NCBI GenBank assembly: GCA_016186915.1
Contig: JACPKU010000006.1
Coordinates: forward strand, 249,619-313,618
Source: Candidatus Doudnabacteria bacterium
GTDB taxonomy: Bacteria; Patescibacteriota; Doudnabacteria; UBA920; O2-02-FULL-48-8
Length of the DNA: 64,000 nt
Reading direction: 5' to 3'
This document shows positions 53,297 to 62,970 of the stretch, in pieces. Numbering within the stretch: position 1 is the first letter of the stretch; every line of letters starts with the position of its first letter. The notes below the pieces were generated by a model. That model was not told where the DNA came from. It did not search any database and worked only from the letters and a program-made list of their open reading frames with translations. A program made the position numbers and the translations under genes.

Positions 53297-53682
53297 ATCT
53301 GACAGATTATCTCGCCGCCAATTTTTTGTTGGCGGGCCAGTTTGTCTGTCATTATACCTTTTGACGTTGACACGATGGTGCTGCCCATCCCCCCCAAAGC
53401 GCGTGGGATATTCATATTCTTAACATAAATGCGCTGTCCGGGCTTGCTAATCCGCTTAATTTCCGAAATGGCCGGCTGTCCGTCCACCTCATACCTTAGC
53501 TCCATAAACAAATTTTTAATTCCGCCGGCCTCTTTCACATCCAAAGACTTGATCCATCCTTCATCCAAAAGCACCTTGCCTAGATTGTGCTTAAATTTAG
53601 AATACGGAACTAAGACATCAGTCTTTTTGGCTGCTGTGGCATTTCTTATTCTAGTTAACATGTCTGAAATTGCGTCCATCAT
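53290..53682 (-). CDS. rpsH: 30S ribosomal protein S8
   Basis: Sequence and operon order. Confidence 0.9.
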   Translation of the reverse strand: MMDAISDMLTRIRNATAAKKTDVLVPYSKFKHNLGKVLLDEGWIKSLDVKEAGGIKNLFMELRYEVDGQPAISEIKRISKPGQRIYVKNMNIPRALGGMGSTIVSTSKGIMTDKLARQQKIGGEIICQIW

Positions 53683-53692
53683 ATATTTTTCA

Positions 53693-53884
53693 CTAAGATG
53701 ATTTTACTATTCCAGGGATTTCACCGTTGGATGCTAATTCTCTAAAACAAATTCGACACAAGTCAAAATCCCGCATGTAGCCGGCATTCCGCCCGCAGCG
53801 CCAGCAGCGCCTCACCACCCGGGTCTTAAACTTGGGCTTAATTCTCGATCTTTCTGATTTGATTATCTGGGCTTTAGTGGCCAT
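53693..53884 (-). CDS. rpsN: 30S ribosomal protein S14, type Z (zinc-binding)
   Basis: CWRCGR...CRIC; 63 aa. Confidence 0.9.
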   Translation of the reverse strand: MATKAQIIKSERSRIKPKFKTRVVRRCWRCGRNAGYMRDFDLCRICFRELASNGEIPGIVKSS

Positions 53885-53889
53885 AGTTA

Positions 53890-54441
53890 TTATTTACCTT
53901 CTTCGTTCTGGAAAGGAAATCCAAAAGATTTTAATAAAGCAAAAGCTTTCGCGTCATCACCGGCATTGGTTCGGATATTAACCTCTAAACTAAAGGTCTG
54001 ATCCGCCCCTTCCCGCAAGGCTTCCGGAAAAACTATCTGCTCTCTAATCCCAATATTGTAATTCCCCTTGCCGTCAAAACTTTTTCTGCTCAATCCTTTA
54101 AAGTCCCGAACACGCGGCAGGGCGACATTGACTAACTTTTCCAAAAAATCATACATTCTTTTTCCTCGCAGTGTAACCATTAGCCCAACCACTTGGTTCT
54201 CTCTAATCTTAAATCCGGCTATGGCTTTTTTGGCCAAGGTTTTAACTGGCGCTTGGCCGGTGATTCGGCGCAGATCTTCGATTATTAACTCCAAGAGCTT
54301 CTGATCTTTCAAGGTTCTGCCGACTCCGGCATTAACCACCACCTTCTCAATCTTCGGCACTTCCAAATCAGATTTGAGAACAAATAACTTCTTCAAATCC
54401 GGCAGAACTTTCTCTTTATAAATTAACTTAAAGTTAGACAT
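53890..54441 (-). CDS. rplE: 50S ribosomal protein L5
   Basis: Sequence and operon order. Confidence 0.9.
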   Translation of the reverse strand: MSNFKLIYKEKVLPDLKKLFVLKSDLEVPKIEKVVVNAGVGRTLKDQKLLELIIEDLRRITGQAPVKTLAKKAIAGFKIRENQVVGLMVTLRGKRMYDFLEKLVNVALPRVRDFKGLSRKSFDGKGNYNIGIREQIVFPEALREGADQTFSLEVNIRTNAGDDAKAFALLKSFGFPFQNEEGK

Positions 54442-54448
54442 GGATCAG

Positions 54449-54763
54449 CTAAATCCTCCTACCGCACTTTTTACACTGGCGGTAACTATTATTCTCGGTT
54501 TTTTCATGGCCAATTCTGGTCGTCTTGCCGCAAGCAGGACAAATAAGCATCACTTTAGAAACCCAGATTGGCGCTGAGAGTTCAAGCCGCTGGCCTTTCT
54601 CGCCTTTTCTGCGAGCGCGGGCAAATCGAACATGAATATTCAAGCCCTCAACAATAACCTTGCCGTCTTTCGGCAGAACTTCCAAAACTTTTCCCGATCG
54701 GCCCTTGTCCTTGCCGGAAATAATTTTCACCTGATCATCTTTTTTTATCCTGAGCATCTTCAT
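54449..54763 (-). CDS. rplX: 50S ribosomal protein L24
   Basis: KOW motif. Confidence 0.9.
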   Translation of the reverse strand: MKMLRIKKDDQVKIISGKDKGRSGKVLEVLPKDGKVIVEGLNIHVRFARARRKGEKGQRLELSAPIWVSKVMLICPACGKTTRIGHEKTENNSYRQCKKCGRRI

Positions 54764-54774
54764 AACTTTTTAAC

Positions 54775-55146
54775 TTAAATTACCTCTGGGGCTAACGAAA
54801 TAATTTTGGTAAAACCCAAATCTCTTAATTCCCGGGGGATAGGGCCAAAAATACGAGTTCCTCTAGGTTCTTTGTTGTCCTTGTTTACTATCACCGCGGC
54901 ATTGTCATCAAACCGGATGTAGGAACCGTCGGCTCTTCTGACTTCTTTGCGGGTTCTCACAATTACAGCGTAAACCTTTTCTCCCTTTTTTACCTGGCCT
55001 CTCGGCGCTGCTTCTTTGACGGATGCCGCGATCACATCTCCCAATCTAGCCACCCGTCGCTGGTTTTTTCCGCGCACGCTGAAAGCCGCTATCATCTTAG
55101 CTCCCGTGTTGTCCGCTACTTTTAATCGGCTTCGCAGTTGGATCAT
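54775..55146 (-). CDS. rplN: 50S ribosomal protein L14
   Basis: MIQ start. Confidence 0.9.
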   Translation of the reverse strand: MIQLRSRLKVADNTGAKMIAAFSVRGKNQRRVARLGDVIAASVKEAAPRGQVKKGEKVYAVIVRTRKEVRRADGSYIRFDDNAAVIVNKDNKEPRGTRIFGPIPRELRDLGFTKIISLAPEVI

Positions 55147-55397
55147 AAAATCTTGGTTACTTGCCAGTGCTTGGTTTTACTCATTGGTCTGGTCTCTTCA
55201 ATTTCCACCTTGCTTCCTAGTTTAACATCGTTATTCTCATTATGCGCCGCAAATTTTTTAACCACGTTATAGCGCTTCTTGTATTTCGGATGGACCTTCA
55301 CACTCTTCACTCCCACGACCACAGTGTTTTTCATCTTATCCGATAATACTTGGCCAACTAATTTTCTTCTGATCTTTTCAGTCATATTATTGTTCAT
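55143..55397 (-). CDS. rpsQ: 30S ribosomal protein S17
   Basis: Sequence and operon order. Confidence 0.85.
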   Translation of the reverse strand: MNNNMTEKIRRKLVGQVLSDKMKNTVVVGVKSVKVHPKYKKRYNVVKKFAAHNENNDVKLGSKVEIEETRPMSKTKHWQVTKIL

Positions 55398-55578
55398 TTA
55401 AAAATGTTAAGATCCTGGCAATATCCTTCTTTACTGATTTCAGCCTGTGACTATCCTTAATTTCCTTGCTTCTGATTTTGAATCGCAAATCACGCACCTG
55501 CTCACGCAAAGCGGTCAGTGTCTTCTTCCTCTCTTCGGGTTTTAAGCCTCGAACTTCCTGCATTTTCATTAGCTTCAA
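55387..55578 (-). CDS. rpmC: 50S ribosomal protein L29
   Basis: Sequence and operon order. Confidence 0.85.
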   Translation of the reverse strand: MKLMKMQEVRGLKPEERKKTLTALREQVRDLRFKIRSKEIKDSHRLKSVKKDIARILTFLNEQ

Positions 55579-55997
55579 TCCTTGATAATAAATTTAGTTT
55601 TAATCGGCAACTTGTGGGAAGCAAGACGCATCGCTTCTGCTGCTTGCTCCGCGGTAACCCCGTCCATTTCAAACATTATTCGCCCTTTTTTGACAACCGC
55701 CACAAAATGATCCACCTGCCCCTTCCCGCTGCCCATGGGACTTTCGTTACCATGCGCCGTGATCGGTTTATCAGGAAAAATCCGAATCCAAATCTTACCG
55801 CCTCGGGCCACATACCTCGTCATGGCCCGCCTCGCCGCTTCGATTTGCCGAGAACTCACCCAGCTGTTCTCCACTGCTTTTAAGGCATAATTGCCAAAAG
55901 CAACAGTGTTGCCGGATGTGGCTTTGCCTGTGGATTTCCCTCGATGATGCTTTCTGTGCTTTACTTTCTTTGGTACCAACATATATTTATAATTCAA
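55575..55997 (-). CDS. rplP: 50S ribosomal protein L16
   Basis: Sequence and operon order. Confidence 0.9.
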   Translation of the reverse strand: MNYKYMLVPKKVKHRKHHRGKSTGKATSGNTVAFGNYALKAVENSWVSSRQIEAARRAMTRYVARGGKIWIRIFPDKPITAHGNESPMGSGKGQVDHFVAVVKKGRIMFEMDGVTAEQAAEAMRLASHKLPIKTKFIIKD

Positions 55998-56032
55998 AAG
56001 TCAAAAATCAAAAGTCAAAATATTAGAATTCA

Positions 56033-56698
56033 TTAATTTTGCATTTTAAATTTTGCATTTTGATTTTCCTTGAACACCTCTCCTTTATTGATCCAGACCT
56101 TAACTCCGATTGTGCCATAGGTGGTAAACGCCGTGACTTTCGCAAAATCAATATTGGCCCGCAGGGTATGCAGCGGGAGTTTGCCTTTAAACAATCGCTC
56201 GGTTCTGGCTATGTCCGCCCCGCCCAAACGGCCTGCGACCTCGACTTTTACTCCCAAGGCCCCTGCTTCCATCACTTGATCGATCGCCTGCTTCATAGCC
56301 CGCCGGAACGAAATTCGTTTCTCCACCTGATCAGCAATGTTCTGCGCAATCACCGGAGCCTGCAAATTAATATCTCTCGCCTCTTCAATGTTAATCTTCA
56401 AATCCAGCTTAGTCTTCAGATGTTTGAGAATCTTCTTTTTTAAATCTTCTACGCCACCGCCGCCTTTGCCGATAATCATGCCGGGTTTAGTGGTCTTGAT
56501 GGCGATAGTCATGGTTGGACCAAACCGTTCGATGTCCACCCTGACCAATCCGGCCTTTTTTAAAATTTGGGTCAAAAAAGCCCGCACCTTCGTGTCTTCA
56601 CGCAGGTACTTGGAAAAATTACTTTTCGTCAACCAGCGTGACTTCCAAGTATCAGTGATGTTTAATCTAAAACTTGTGGCGTTGATCTTTTGTCCCAT
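56033..56698 (-). CDS. rpsC: 30S ribosomal protein S3
   Basis: KH domain. Confidence 0.9.
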   Translation of the reverse strand: MGQKINATSFRLNITDTWKSRWLTKSNFSKYLREDTKVRAFLTQILKKAGLVRVDIERFGPTMTIAIKTTKPGMIIGKGGGGVEDLKKKILKHLKTKLDLKINIEEARDINLQAPVIAQNIADQVEKRISFRRAMKQAIDQVMEAGALGVKVEVAGRLGGADIARTERLFKGKLPLHTLRANIDFAKVTAFTTYGTIGVKVWINKGEVFKENQNAKFKMQN

Positions 56699-56699
56699 A

Positions 56700-57281
56700 T
56701 TAAGTGCTGCTCTTTCGATTAAATAATCTTCGCTTCAGGTCCACTAATTGCTTTTTTATCTTTTCGCGAGGTTTGACTTGGAATTTTGGCTTCTGAATCT
56801 CGGCCGCAGATTCTTCCAGCTTGCTGGTCTGTTCTTGAGGCTTTAGCTTGTTCTCGTTCGGCTGTTCAGTCACCAGGGCTTTCGGCTTTTGGAAAATCTT
56901 CCTCTTTGAATGGATTTTACGTTCTCTTTCTTCCAAGGTCACGTTGATGTGACTGGTCCGTCTTCTGATCATAAAAGCCCGGCCCTGGGCTCTGGGAGTA
57001 TATCGTTTAAACATAGGCCCTGAATCTATAGTGATCGACTTGACAAACAAATTTTCCTGCTTGAAATCGTGATTGTGAACCGCGTTAGCCACTGCCGAAT
57101 TAATCGCCTTGGCAATAGGGAGCGCGGCTTTTTTGGAAGAAAATCTTAGCTGTTCCAAAGCCTGGTCCACTGGCGCCTTTTTAATCAAGTTGGAAACCAG
57201 CCGCAGTTTTTGCGGGGAAACATGGATATAACGAGCATGCGCCCTTACTTCTTTAATTGTCGCGATTTTCTCTTTGGCCAT
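56700..57281 (-). CDS. rplV: 50S ribosomal protein L22 with C-terminal extension
   Basis: 193 aa. Confidence 0.85.
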   Translation of the reverse strand: MAKEKIATIKEVRAHARYIHVSPQKLRLVSNLIKKAPVDQALEQLRFSSKKAALPIAKAINSAVANAVHNHDFKQENLFVKSITIDSGPMFKRYTPRAQGRAFMIRRRTSHINVTLEERERKIHSKRKIFQKPKALVTEQPNENKLKPQEQTSKLEESAAEIQKPKFQVKPREKIKKQLVDLKRRLFNRKSST

Positions 57282-57616
57282 TATTTAGCTCCTTCTGCTT
57301 TCGGGCTTACTGCCTGCGGTTTGTCTGACTCCGCGGCGGCGATTGCCTCTTCTTTCGCCATTCTGCCTCCGTGCCTGGTAAACTTTCTGGTTGGCGCAAA
57401 CTCTCCCAGCTTGTGCCCGACCATATTTTCCATTGCCTTCACATCAATAAAATTCTTCCCGTTGTGCACTTGAAAAGTCAGCCCGATCATTTCTGGAAAA
57501 ATCACCGAATCACGAGACCAGGTTTTGATCGGCTGAGTTTTGCCAGCCTTTGCCTGCTCCACTTTCTTCCATAATTTAGGATCCACAAACGGTCCTTTTT
57601 TTAGTGATCTGGACAT
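57281..57616 (-). CDS. rpsS: 30S ribosomal protein S19
   Basis: Likely start is [10 protein letters not shown]. Confidence 0.9.
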   Translation of the reverse strand: MSRSLKKGPFVDPKLWKKVEQAKAGKTQPIKTWSRDSVIFPEMIGLTFQVHNGKNFIDVKAMENMVGHKLGEFAPTRKFTRHGGRMAKEEAIAAAESDKPQAVSPKAEGAK

Positions 57617-57617
57617 A

Positions 57618-58448
57618 TTATTTGCGTCGCTGAACAATTAATTTGCTGGAAGCCTTCTTCTTGTTCCTTGTCCTAACTCCTAAAGCATGCTTGCCCCATG
57701 GGGTCTTGGGGTATTTAAGTCCAATCGGGTTCACTCCTTCTCCGCCGCCGTGCGGATGGTCCACAGGATTCATGGCCTTGCCTCTAACTGAAGGCCGAAT
57801 TCCCATGTGTCGTTTCCTGCCGGCCTTGCCAATTCTAACATACATCCAATCCGTATTGGAAACCTGGCCAATAGTGGCAAAGGCATGAGAGGACACCTTC
57901 CGGATCTCACCAGACGGCATCTTCAACAGAATCTGATCACCTTCCACTGCTTGAATCACCGCATAACTGCCAGCTGAACGAGCGATCTGGCCGCCCGAGG
58001 TCCGCTCCAGCTGGACGTTGTGAACATAAGTTCCGACCGGGATATTTTTCAACATCATATGGTTACCGGGCTTCACCTCTGTGCGTTCGCCCGCCAATAA
58101 AGTCTGGCCTATTTTTAATCTGTCTGGGGCCAAGATATATTTTTTCTCGCCGTCTTTATAAGCCAAAAGAGAAATAAACGCGCTTCGTCTGGGATCATAT
58201 TCCAAAGTCTGCACCTTCGCCGGAATGTTCATCTTGTCCCGCTTAAAGTCGATCAGGCGAATCTTATGTTTATGCCCGCCTCCTTTATGCCGCACTGAGA
58301 TGCTGCCGCGGTTATTCCGACCAGCCTGTTTCTTTACGGAGATAATCAAACCCGCCGGTGTTTTTACCTGCTTTTTTAGTACCGAATAATCAGTGACCGA
58401 ATGCAATCTCCTGCCCGGTGAAGTTGGTTTGTACTTTTTCACTGCCAT
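57618..58448 (-). CDS. rplB: 50S ribosomal protein L2
   Basis: Sequence and operon order. Confidence 0.9.
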   Translation of the reverse strand: MAVKKYKPTSPGRRLHSVTDYSVLKKQVKTPAGLIISVKKQAGRNNRGSISVRHKGGGHKHKIRLIDFKRDKMNIPAKVQTLEYDPRRSAFISLLAYKDGEKKYILAPDRLKIGQTLLAGERTEVKPGNHMMLKNIPVGTYVHNVQLERTSGGQIARSAGSYAVIQAVEGDQILLKMPSGEIRKVSSHAFATIGQVSNTDWMYVRIGKAGRKRHMGIRPSVRGKAMNPVDHPHGGGEGVNPIGLKYPKTPWGKHALGVRTRNKKKASSKLIVQRRK

Positions 58449-58451
58449 ATC

Positions 58452-58865
58452 TTATACTCCTTCAGCCAGACCGGTGATCTTCTCGCCGGCTTTTAAGGTC
58501 ACGACTGCCTTCTTCCAATCCTGAGTCCGGCCGCTGACTCTTCCGGTTCTTCTTTGTTTTCCAGCGACAACCACCATATTCACGGACACAACATGCACCC
58601 CATAAACCGCTTCCACTGCCTTCCTCACTTCAATCTTGTTCGCGTTGATCGACACTTTAAAGACGTAACGGCCGGAACTGGATAACAAATTGCTCTTCTC
58701 TGATAAATGATAGCTGTCAAGTATCCTGTGGGCGCTCTTCGTGTCTTCCTTCAGCTCAACTGGGACATTGGTAACCGGCTTTGGTTCTTTGACCATACCT
58801 AAAACATCCTCATCTTTGTGAGTCTCTTGCCTTTTCTTGCTTTTGAACTTATCAAAAATTCCCAT
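58452..58865 (-). CDS. rplW: 50S ribosomal protein L23 with N-terminal extension
   Basis: 137 aa. Confidence 0.85.
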   Translation of the reverse strand: MGIFDKFKSKKRQETHKDEDVLGMVKEPKPVTNVPVELKEDTKSAHRILDSYHLSEKSNLLSSSGRYVFKVSINANKIEVRKAVEAVYGVHVVSVNMVVVAGKQRRTGRVSGRTQDWKKAVVTLKAGEKITGLAEGV

Positions 58866-58866
58866 A

Positions 58867-59526
58867 TTATTTCAGGCCTGTCTGCCGACGAGGCAGGTAA
58901 GTTTTCTCGATTACTGGCAATGCTTCTTTCAAAACGATTGGATCGTATTTTAACAAATCAAAAATATTCAAATTATTCGCCACTAAAATTTTTGCAAACG
59001 GTAAATTGCCGGCAGCCCGATCTAATTCTTTGTTGTACTTATCCAGTATTAACATAACTTTCTTTCCCAAACCCGCTTTTTGGGACAACTCTCTTAATTG
59101 CCTGGCCAAGTCTTTGGTCTTGTCTGTGGCCGGGAAACTATCTATAACTATTGCCTTTTTGTCGTTTAATTTATCTGAAAGCACTGTAAACAAAGCCTGG
59201 CGAAAAGCAGAGCGATTCATCTTCTGGGAAAAATTTCTTGCATTGGTTGGGCCAAAGGTAACGCCGCCGCCTTTCCACAATGGAGATCGGATAGAGCCGG
59301 CGCGGGCATTTCCTGTGCCTTTCTGTCGCCACGGCTTTTTGCCGCCTCCAGAGACCTGGCCTCGATTTTTGGTGTGTGCGATGGCTTTGCGGGCGTTGTT
59401 GCGCTGACTTCTAAGCGCCTGATGCACTAGGCCAACATCAATCTTTTCCACGCCGAAAATCCTCGGATTCAAATCCGTCTCCGAAACTTTTTCACCAATT
59501 TGATTGTAGACTGATGTTTTAATCAT
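58867..59526 (-). CDS. rplD: 50S ribosomal protein L4
   Basis: Sequence and operon order. Confidence 0.9.
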   Translation of the reverse strand: MIKTSVYNQIGEKVSETDLNPRIFGVEKIDVGLVHQALRSQRNNARKAIAHTKNRGQVSGGGKKPWRQKGTGNARAGSIRSPLWKGGGVTFGPTNARNFSQKMNRSAFRQALFTVLSDKLNDKKAIVIDSFPATDKTKDLARQLRELSQKAGLGKKVMLILDKYNKELDRAAGNLPFAKILVANNLNIFDLLKYDPIVLKEALPVIEKTYLPRRQTGLK

Positions 59527-59560
59527 AACTTTTAATTAAATCTGGCCGATCACCAGCATA

Positions 59561-60163
59561 CTAAACCGATTCAATCATGACGAAGCCGCCATTGGGACCC
59601 GGCACCGCTCCCTTAACCGCAATCAAATTTCTTTTTAGATCAACGTCCACGACTTCCAAGTTCTTAACCGTTGCGGTCCCGCCCATCCTGCCGGCCATTC
59701 TAGTGCCTTTCAACACGTGCTGCGGGTAAGTACTGCCGATGGATCCCACTGCGCGGGGGTGATCATGGCCGTGGGTTTTGGGAGCGCCCTTAAATCGGTA
59801 TTTCTTTACTGGGCCAGCGAATCCCCGGCCTTTCATTTGGGCCGTTACTTTCACCTTGTCGCCAGCTACAAAAGTATCGAGTTTAATCTCGTCGCCTCTC
59901 TTAAACTTAGCTGAATCTTCAACTCTAAATTCTTTCAAAACTTGAAAATTGCCCAGGTCCTTCAAATGCCCGCCCATGGCTTTGTTGAGCTTTTTTCTCT
60001 TGCCCGCTCCCACTTGAACTGCGCTATACTTATCCTTCTCTGGTCCTTTCACTTGCGTAACTTTAACACCGGGACTTTTAAGAATAGTAACGGGAATAAC
60101 CCTGCCGTCAGCGGCAAAGATCTGGGACATATGAAGTTTTTCAGCAATCAGGAACTTGGACAT
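59561..60163 (-). CDS. rplC: 50S ribosomal protein L3
   Basis: Likely start is MSKFLIAEKLHMSQIF; the ORF-track N-terminus reads through a hairpin. Confidence 0.9.
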   Translation of the reverse strand: MSKFLIAEKLHMSQIFAADGRVIPVTILKSPGVKVTQVKGPEKDKYSAVQVGAGKRKKLNKAMGGHLKDLGNFQVLKEFRVEDSAKFKRGDEIKLDTFVAGDKVKVTAQMKGRGFAGPVKKYRFKGAPKTHGHDHPRAVGSIGSTYPQHVLKGTRMAGRMGGTATVKNLEVVDVDLKRNLIAVKGAVPGPNGGFVMIESV

Positions 60164-60517
60164 ATTTTTGGCTTTAAAAAAACCGGCCAGATCCTTTTCC
60201 GAACACAGTGTATGTGTTCGGAACAAAACCTAAACGGTTTTTCTAACAGGATTCAGTTAATGTTGTGTAAAAATTTTTAACCTCTTTATGAGAACTAATT
60301 TGATCTTTCGCCGATCTCCTTGTGCCAGGATCAGCACGATCGAATTACTTTTAGCTCTTTCTTCTACTCTCCGCTCTATCTAGCGAGGGTTTTGCTGTAA
60401 AAAACAATCTCGCAGGCCGAAGTCGTAATGTCACGACGAGGCCGAGAGCTTAGGTGCGAATTTTACGTCTAGCGAAATTCGACACCGTGTTTTTTTCAGC
60501 GAAACACGAGCGCTCCT

Positions 60518-60847
60518 TCACATCTTTATCTCAATATCCACACCAGCCGGCAGATTAAGATTGGACAAAGCGTCTATTGCTTTCGGAGTGGAGTTGCCGA
60601 TATCAATCAGTCTTTTATGGATGCGCATCTCAAACTGTTCTTTCGCCTTCTTGTGAACAAAGGTGGAACGGTTCACTGTATAGCGGGACTTTTCAGTTGG
60701 CAGGGGGACCGGACCCACCACGGTAGCACCCGATCTTTTCGCGGTCTCCACTATCTGTCTTGCTGATTGATCAATAAGCTTATGATCATAAGCCCTGATC
60801 TTGATCCGAATTCTTCCAACCTCTTCTTTATCTTGTTTGTCCTGCAT
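60518..60847 (-). CDS. rpsJ: 30S ribosomal protein S10
   Basis: [10 protein letters not shown]. Confidence 0.9.
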   Translation of the reverse strand: MQDKQDKEEVGRIRIKIRAYDHKLIDQSARQIVETAKRSGATVVGPVPLPTEKSRYTVNRSTFVHKKAKEQFEMRIHKRLIDIGNSTPKAIDALSNLNLPAGVDIEIKM

Positions 60848-60872
60848 TTACGATCTTATTCTAAATATTTCA

Positions 60873-60906
60873 TCCAAAAGGACTACCCTGGTAAAGGATA
60901 GTCCTT
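60873..60906 (-). terminator. intrinsic terminator downstream of tuf (AAAGGACTA...TAGTCCTTT plus U-run)
   Basis: Seen in the sequence. Confidence 0.55.
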
Positions 60907-60914
60907 TGCATTTT

Positions 60915-62096
60915 TTATTTATTAATCTTCGTAACCACTCCCGCGCCCACAGTGTGTCCGCCTTCTCGAATGGCAAATCTTTGCTTTTCTTCCAAGGCCA
61001 CTGGGTTAATCAATTTAACCTTCAAGGTCACGGTGTCGCCCGGCATAACCATTTCTTGTCCCTCTGGCAGCTCAACCTCGCCGGTAACATCCGTGGTTCG
61101 AATATAGAACTGGGGCTTATAACCTTTGAAGAACGGAGTGTGTCGGCCGCCCTCTTCTTTGGTCAAAATGTAAATCTCTGCGTCAAACTCGGTATGAGGT
61201 GTGACTGATCCTGGTTTGGCCAAAACCTGCCCTCGTTCCACTTCTTCTTTTTTGGTTCCTCGAAGCAAGACGCCTGCGTTGTCTCCGGCTCTTCCGCTAT
61301 CCAGTTGCTTGTTGAACATTTCAATTCCAGTAACCACGGTTTTTTGAGTTGGTTTCAACCCTACAATTTCCACTTCTTCATTTAGCTTTACTTCACCGCG
61401 CTCGATTCTGCCAGTGACCACCGTGCCTCGGCCTTCAATGGTGAAGATGTCTTCGATCGGCATCAGGTAAGGCTTGTCAGTTTCTCTGACTGGTTCCGGA
61501 ATATAGGTGTCGACAGCTTCCAACAGTTTTTCAATTGAAGCAGCCCCTTCCGGGTCATCTTCCAAAGCCTTCAAAGCGGAGCCGCGAATGATTGGCGTAT
61601 CTTTTCCAGGAAACTGATATTTATTCAAAAGTTCTCGCACTTCTTCTTCCACCAAATCCACCAATTCCTTGTCATCCACCATATCCACCTTGTTCAAAAA
61701 CACGACAATGTAAGGAACACCGACTTGTTTAGCCAAGAGAATGTGTTCCCTGGTTTGAGGCATCGGACCATCCGCGGCAGACACCACCAAGATCGCGCCG
61801 TCCATCTGCGCCGCTCCAGTAATCATGTTTTTGATGTAGTCAGCGTGTCCCGGAGCATCGACGTGTGCGTAGTGGCGCTTTTCCGTCTCATACTCCACGT
61901 GCGAGGTGTTGATAGTAATACCTCTTTCTTTCTCTTCTGGAGCATTGTCAATCGAACTAAAATCTCGCTCTTTCGCCAAACCCTTTTTAGCCAAGACGTG
62001 GGTTATAGCAGCAGTCAGAGTGGTTTTGCCGTGGTCAACGTGACCGATTGTTCCAATGTTTACGTGTGGTTTGGAACGATTAAATTGTTCAGCCAT
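60915..62096 (-). CDS. tuf: elongation factor Tu
   Basis: [10 protein letters not shown]; 393 aa. Confidence 0.95.
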   Translation of the reverse strand: MAEQFNRSKPHVNIGTIGHVDHGKTTLTAAITHVLAKKGLAKERDFSSIDNAPEEKERGITINTSHVEYETEKRHYAHVDAPGHADYIKNMITGAAQMDGAILVVSAADGPMPQTREHILLAKQVGVPYIVVFLNKVDMVDDKELVDLVEEEVRELLNKYQFPGKDTPIIRGSALKALEDDPEGAASIEKLLEAVDTYIPEPVRETDKPYLMPIEDIFTIEGRGTVVTGRIERGEVKLNEEVEIVGLKPTQKTVVTGIEMFNKQLDSGRAGDNAGVLLRGTKKEEVERGQVLAKPGSVTPHTEFDAEIYILTKEEGGRHTPFFKGYKPQFYIRTTDVTGEVELPEGQEMVMPGDTVTLKVKLINPVALEEKQRFAIREGGHTVGAGVVTKINK

Positions 62097-62257
62097 ATTA
62101 ATTCCTTAATTAATTACTTATTAATGCTTAATAGATTATAAAGGATTTTTGTCTACCTGTAAAGCTTAAGACAAATAAAAAACCTTGATCTTGGATTTTT
62201 CTCGATCTTCCCCACTATACCAGAAACCCCCAGGCTTGTAAAGAAATGGTAGCCAAA

Positions 62258-62286
62258 TTGCAAAAAGATCCAATAAATACTATACT
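62258..62286 (+). promoter_or_regulatory. promoter TTGCAA-N17-TATACT for ORF 62309
   Basis: Seen in the sequence; the ORF-track start at 62246 lies upstream of the -10. Confidence 0.5.
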
Positions 62287-62308
62287 TTTAGGCAACAAGG
62301 AGGATCTC

Positions 62309-62686
62309 ATGGCAATTGCTTTTACTGTCGTTGCGATCGCTGTTCCCCTGATCGCGTTTGTCCTTGGTGTGTACTTCTACCGAACGCGTCCGAACAGAAG
62401 GTCTGGCGGAGATATCGTCTCCTCTAGAGATCACATCACGGAAGAAAAGGTCCACCGTGCGATGCAGGCTCAGTCCGACCCAGTGGAATGGGAGAGACTG
62501 CTCTCTGAGCTCGAACTACACATCCGGGAATGCAGACAGTGCCACAAGCAATTCCTTCCTTCGGTTCGCGCTGTGCGCCTCTTGCCACCAGGCGAGGTGC
62601 TCCTCAATCTCTCGCCCGAAAACGACCGATGGAACAAGATGGCGCTGGGACTCAACGCCTCTGCCGACGATCGAGCGAACGACTAA
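62309..62686 (+). CDS. GC-rich 125-aa single-TM hypothetical protein (MAIAFTVVAIAVPLIAFVLGVYF...CRQCHKQF...)
   Basis: RBS AAGGAGG. T8 run after the stop. GC-rich relative to the flanks. Confidence 0.5.
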   Translation: MAIAFTVVAIAVPLIAFVLGVYFYRTRPNRRSGGDIVSSRDHITEEKVHRAMQAQSDPVEWERLLSELELHIRECRQCHKQFLPSVRAVRLLPPGEVLLNLSPENDRWNKMALGLNASADDRAND

Positions 62687-62815
62687 CCCCGTCCCTCGGC
62701 CGTCTTTTTTTTATCCTTCCGCCCTTCCTTCTTTTCCACTCCGCGGATCAGGAGAAAAGCGAGGCGTGGATTTTCAGCAGCCTTCGGAGGCCAACACCAA
62801 CTATTTCTGTAGCGA

Positions 62816-62930
62816 GGGATTGTTGCAAAATTAACCTTCGGAAGCCGGTTCGTCCGGCTGAGAAAGTAGGCTGCATCCCGCCGAAGTTCCCACGAGGCGG
62901 GATGACAGCCGATATTTTTGCAACAATCCC
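62816..62930. ncRNA. structured element closed by a perfect 15-bp inverted repeat (GGGATTGTTGCAAAA ... TTTTGCAACAATCCC) enclosing nested and pseudoknot-capable hairpins
   Basis: GCCGG-TTCGT-CCGGC hairpin. GGCTGCATCCCGCC...GGCGGGATG-A-CAGCC helix whose loop CCGAAG can pair with the upstream CTTCGG. No ORF. Confidence 0.4.
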
Positions 62931-62970
62931 GAGCGATGACGACCGGTAATTTACAGTCAGCTCGAGCGAT

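Noticed and set aside
522-61208. Numerous 60-190-aa ORFs antisense to or overlapping the annotated minus-strand genes (e.g. 522..704, 3871..4434, 8777..9220, 40022..40255, 50494..50901).
   Set aside because: They are embedded in well-conserved genes on the opposite strand or in another frame, with no RBS and biased, low-complexity composition. They are read-through artefacts.
13628-62339. GCGATCGC (the cyanobacterial HIP1 octamer) appearing in DR-B1, DR-B2 and inside ORF 62309.
   Set aside because: Only three occurrences; this is far from the density that defines HIP1, and the rest of the genome is not cyanobacterial in gene content.
62850-62875. Hammerhead ribozyme suggested by CUGAGAAAG.
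   Set aside because: It lacks stem II between the CUGANGA and GAAA cores and has no proper three-stem junction. The call is left as an unclassified structured element.
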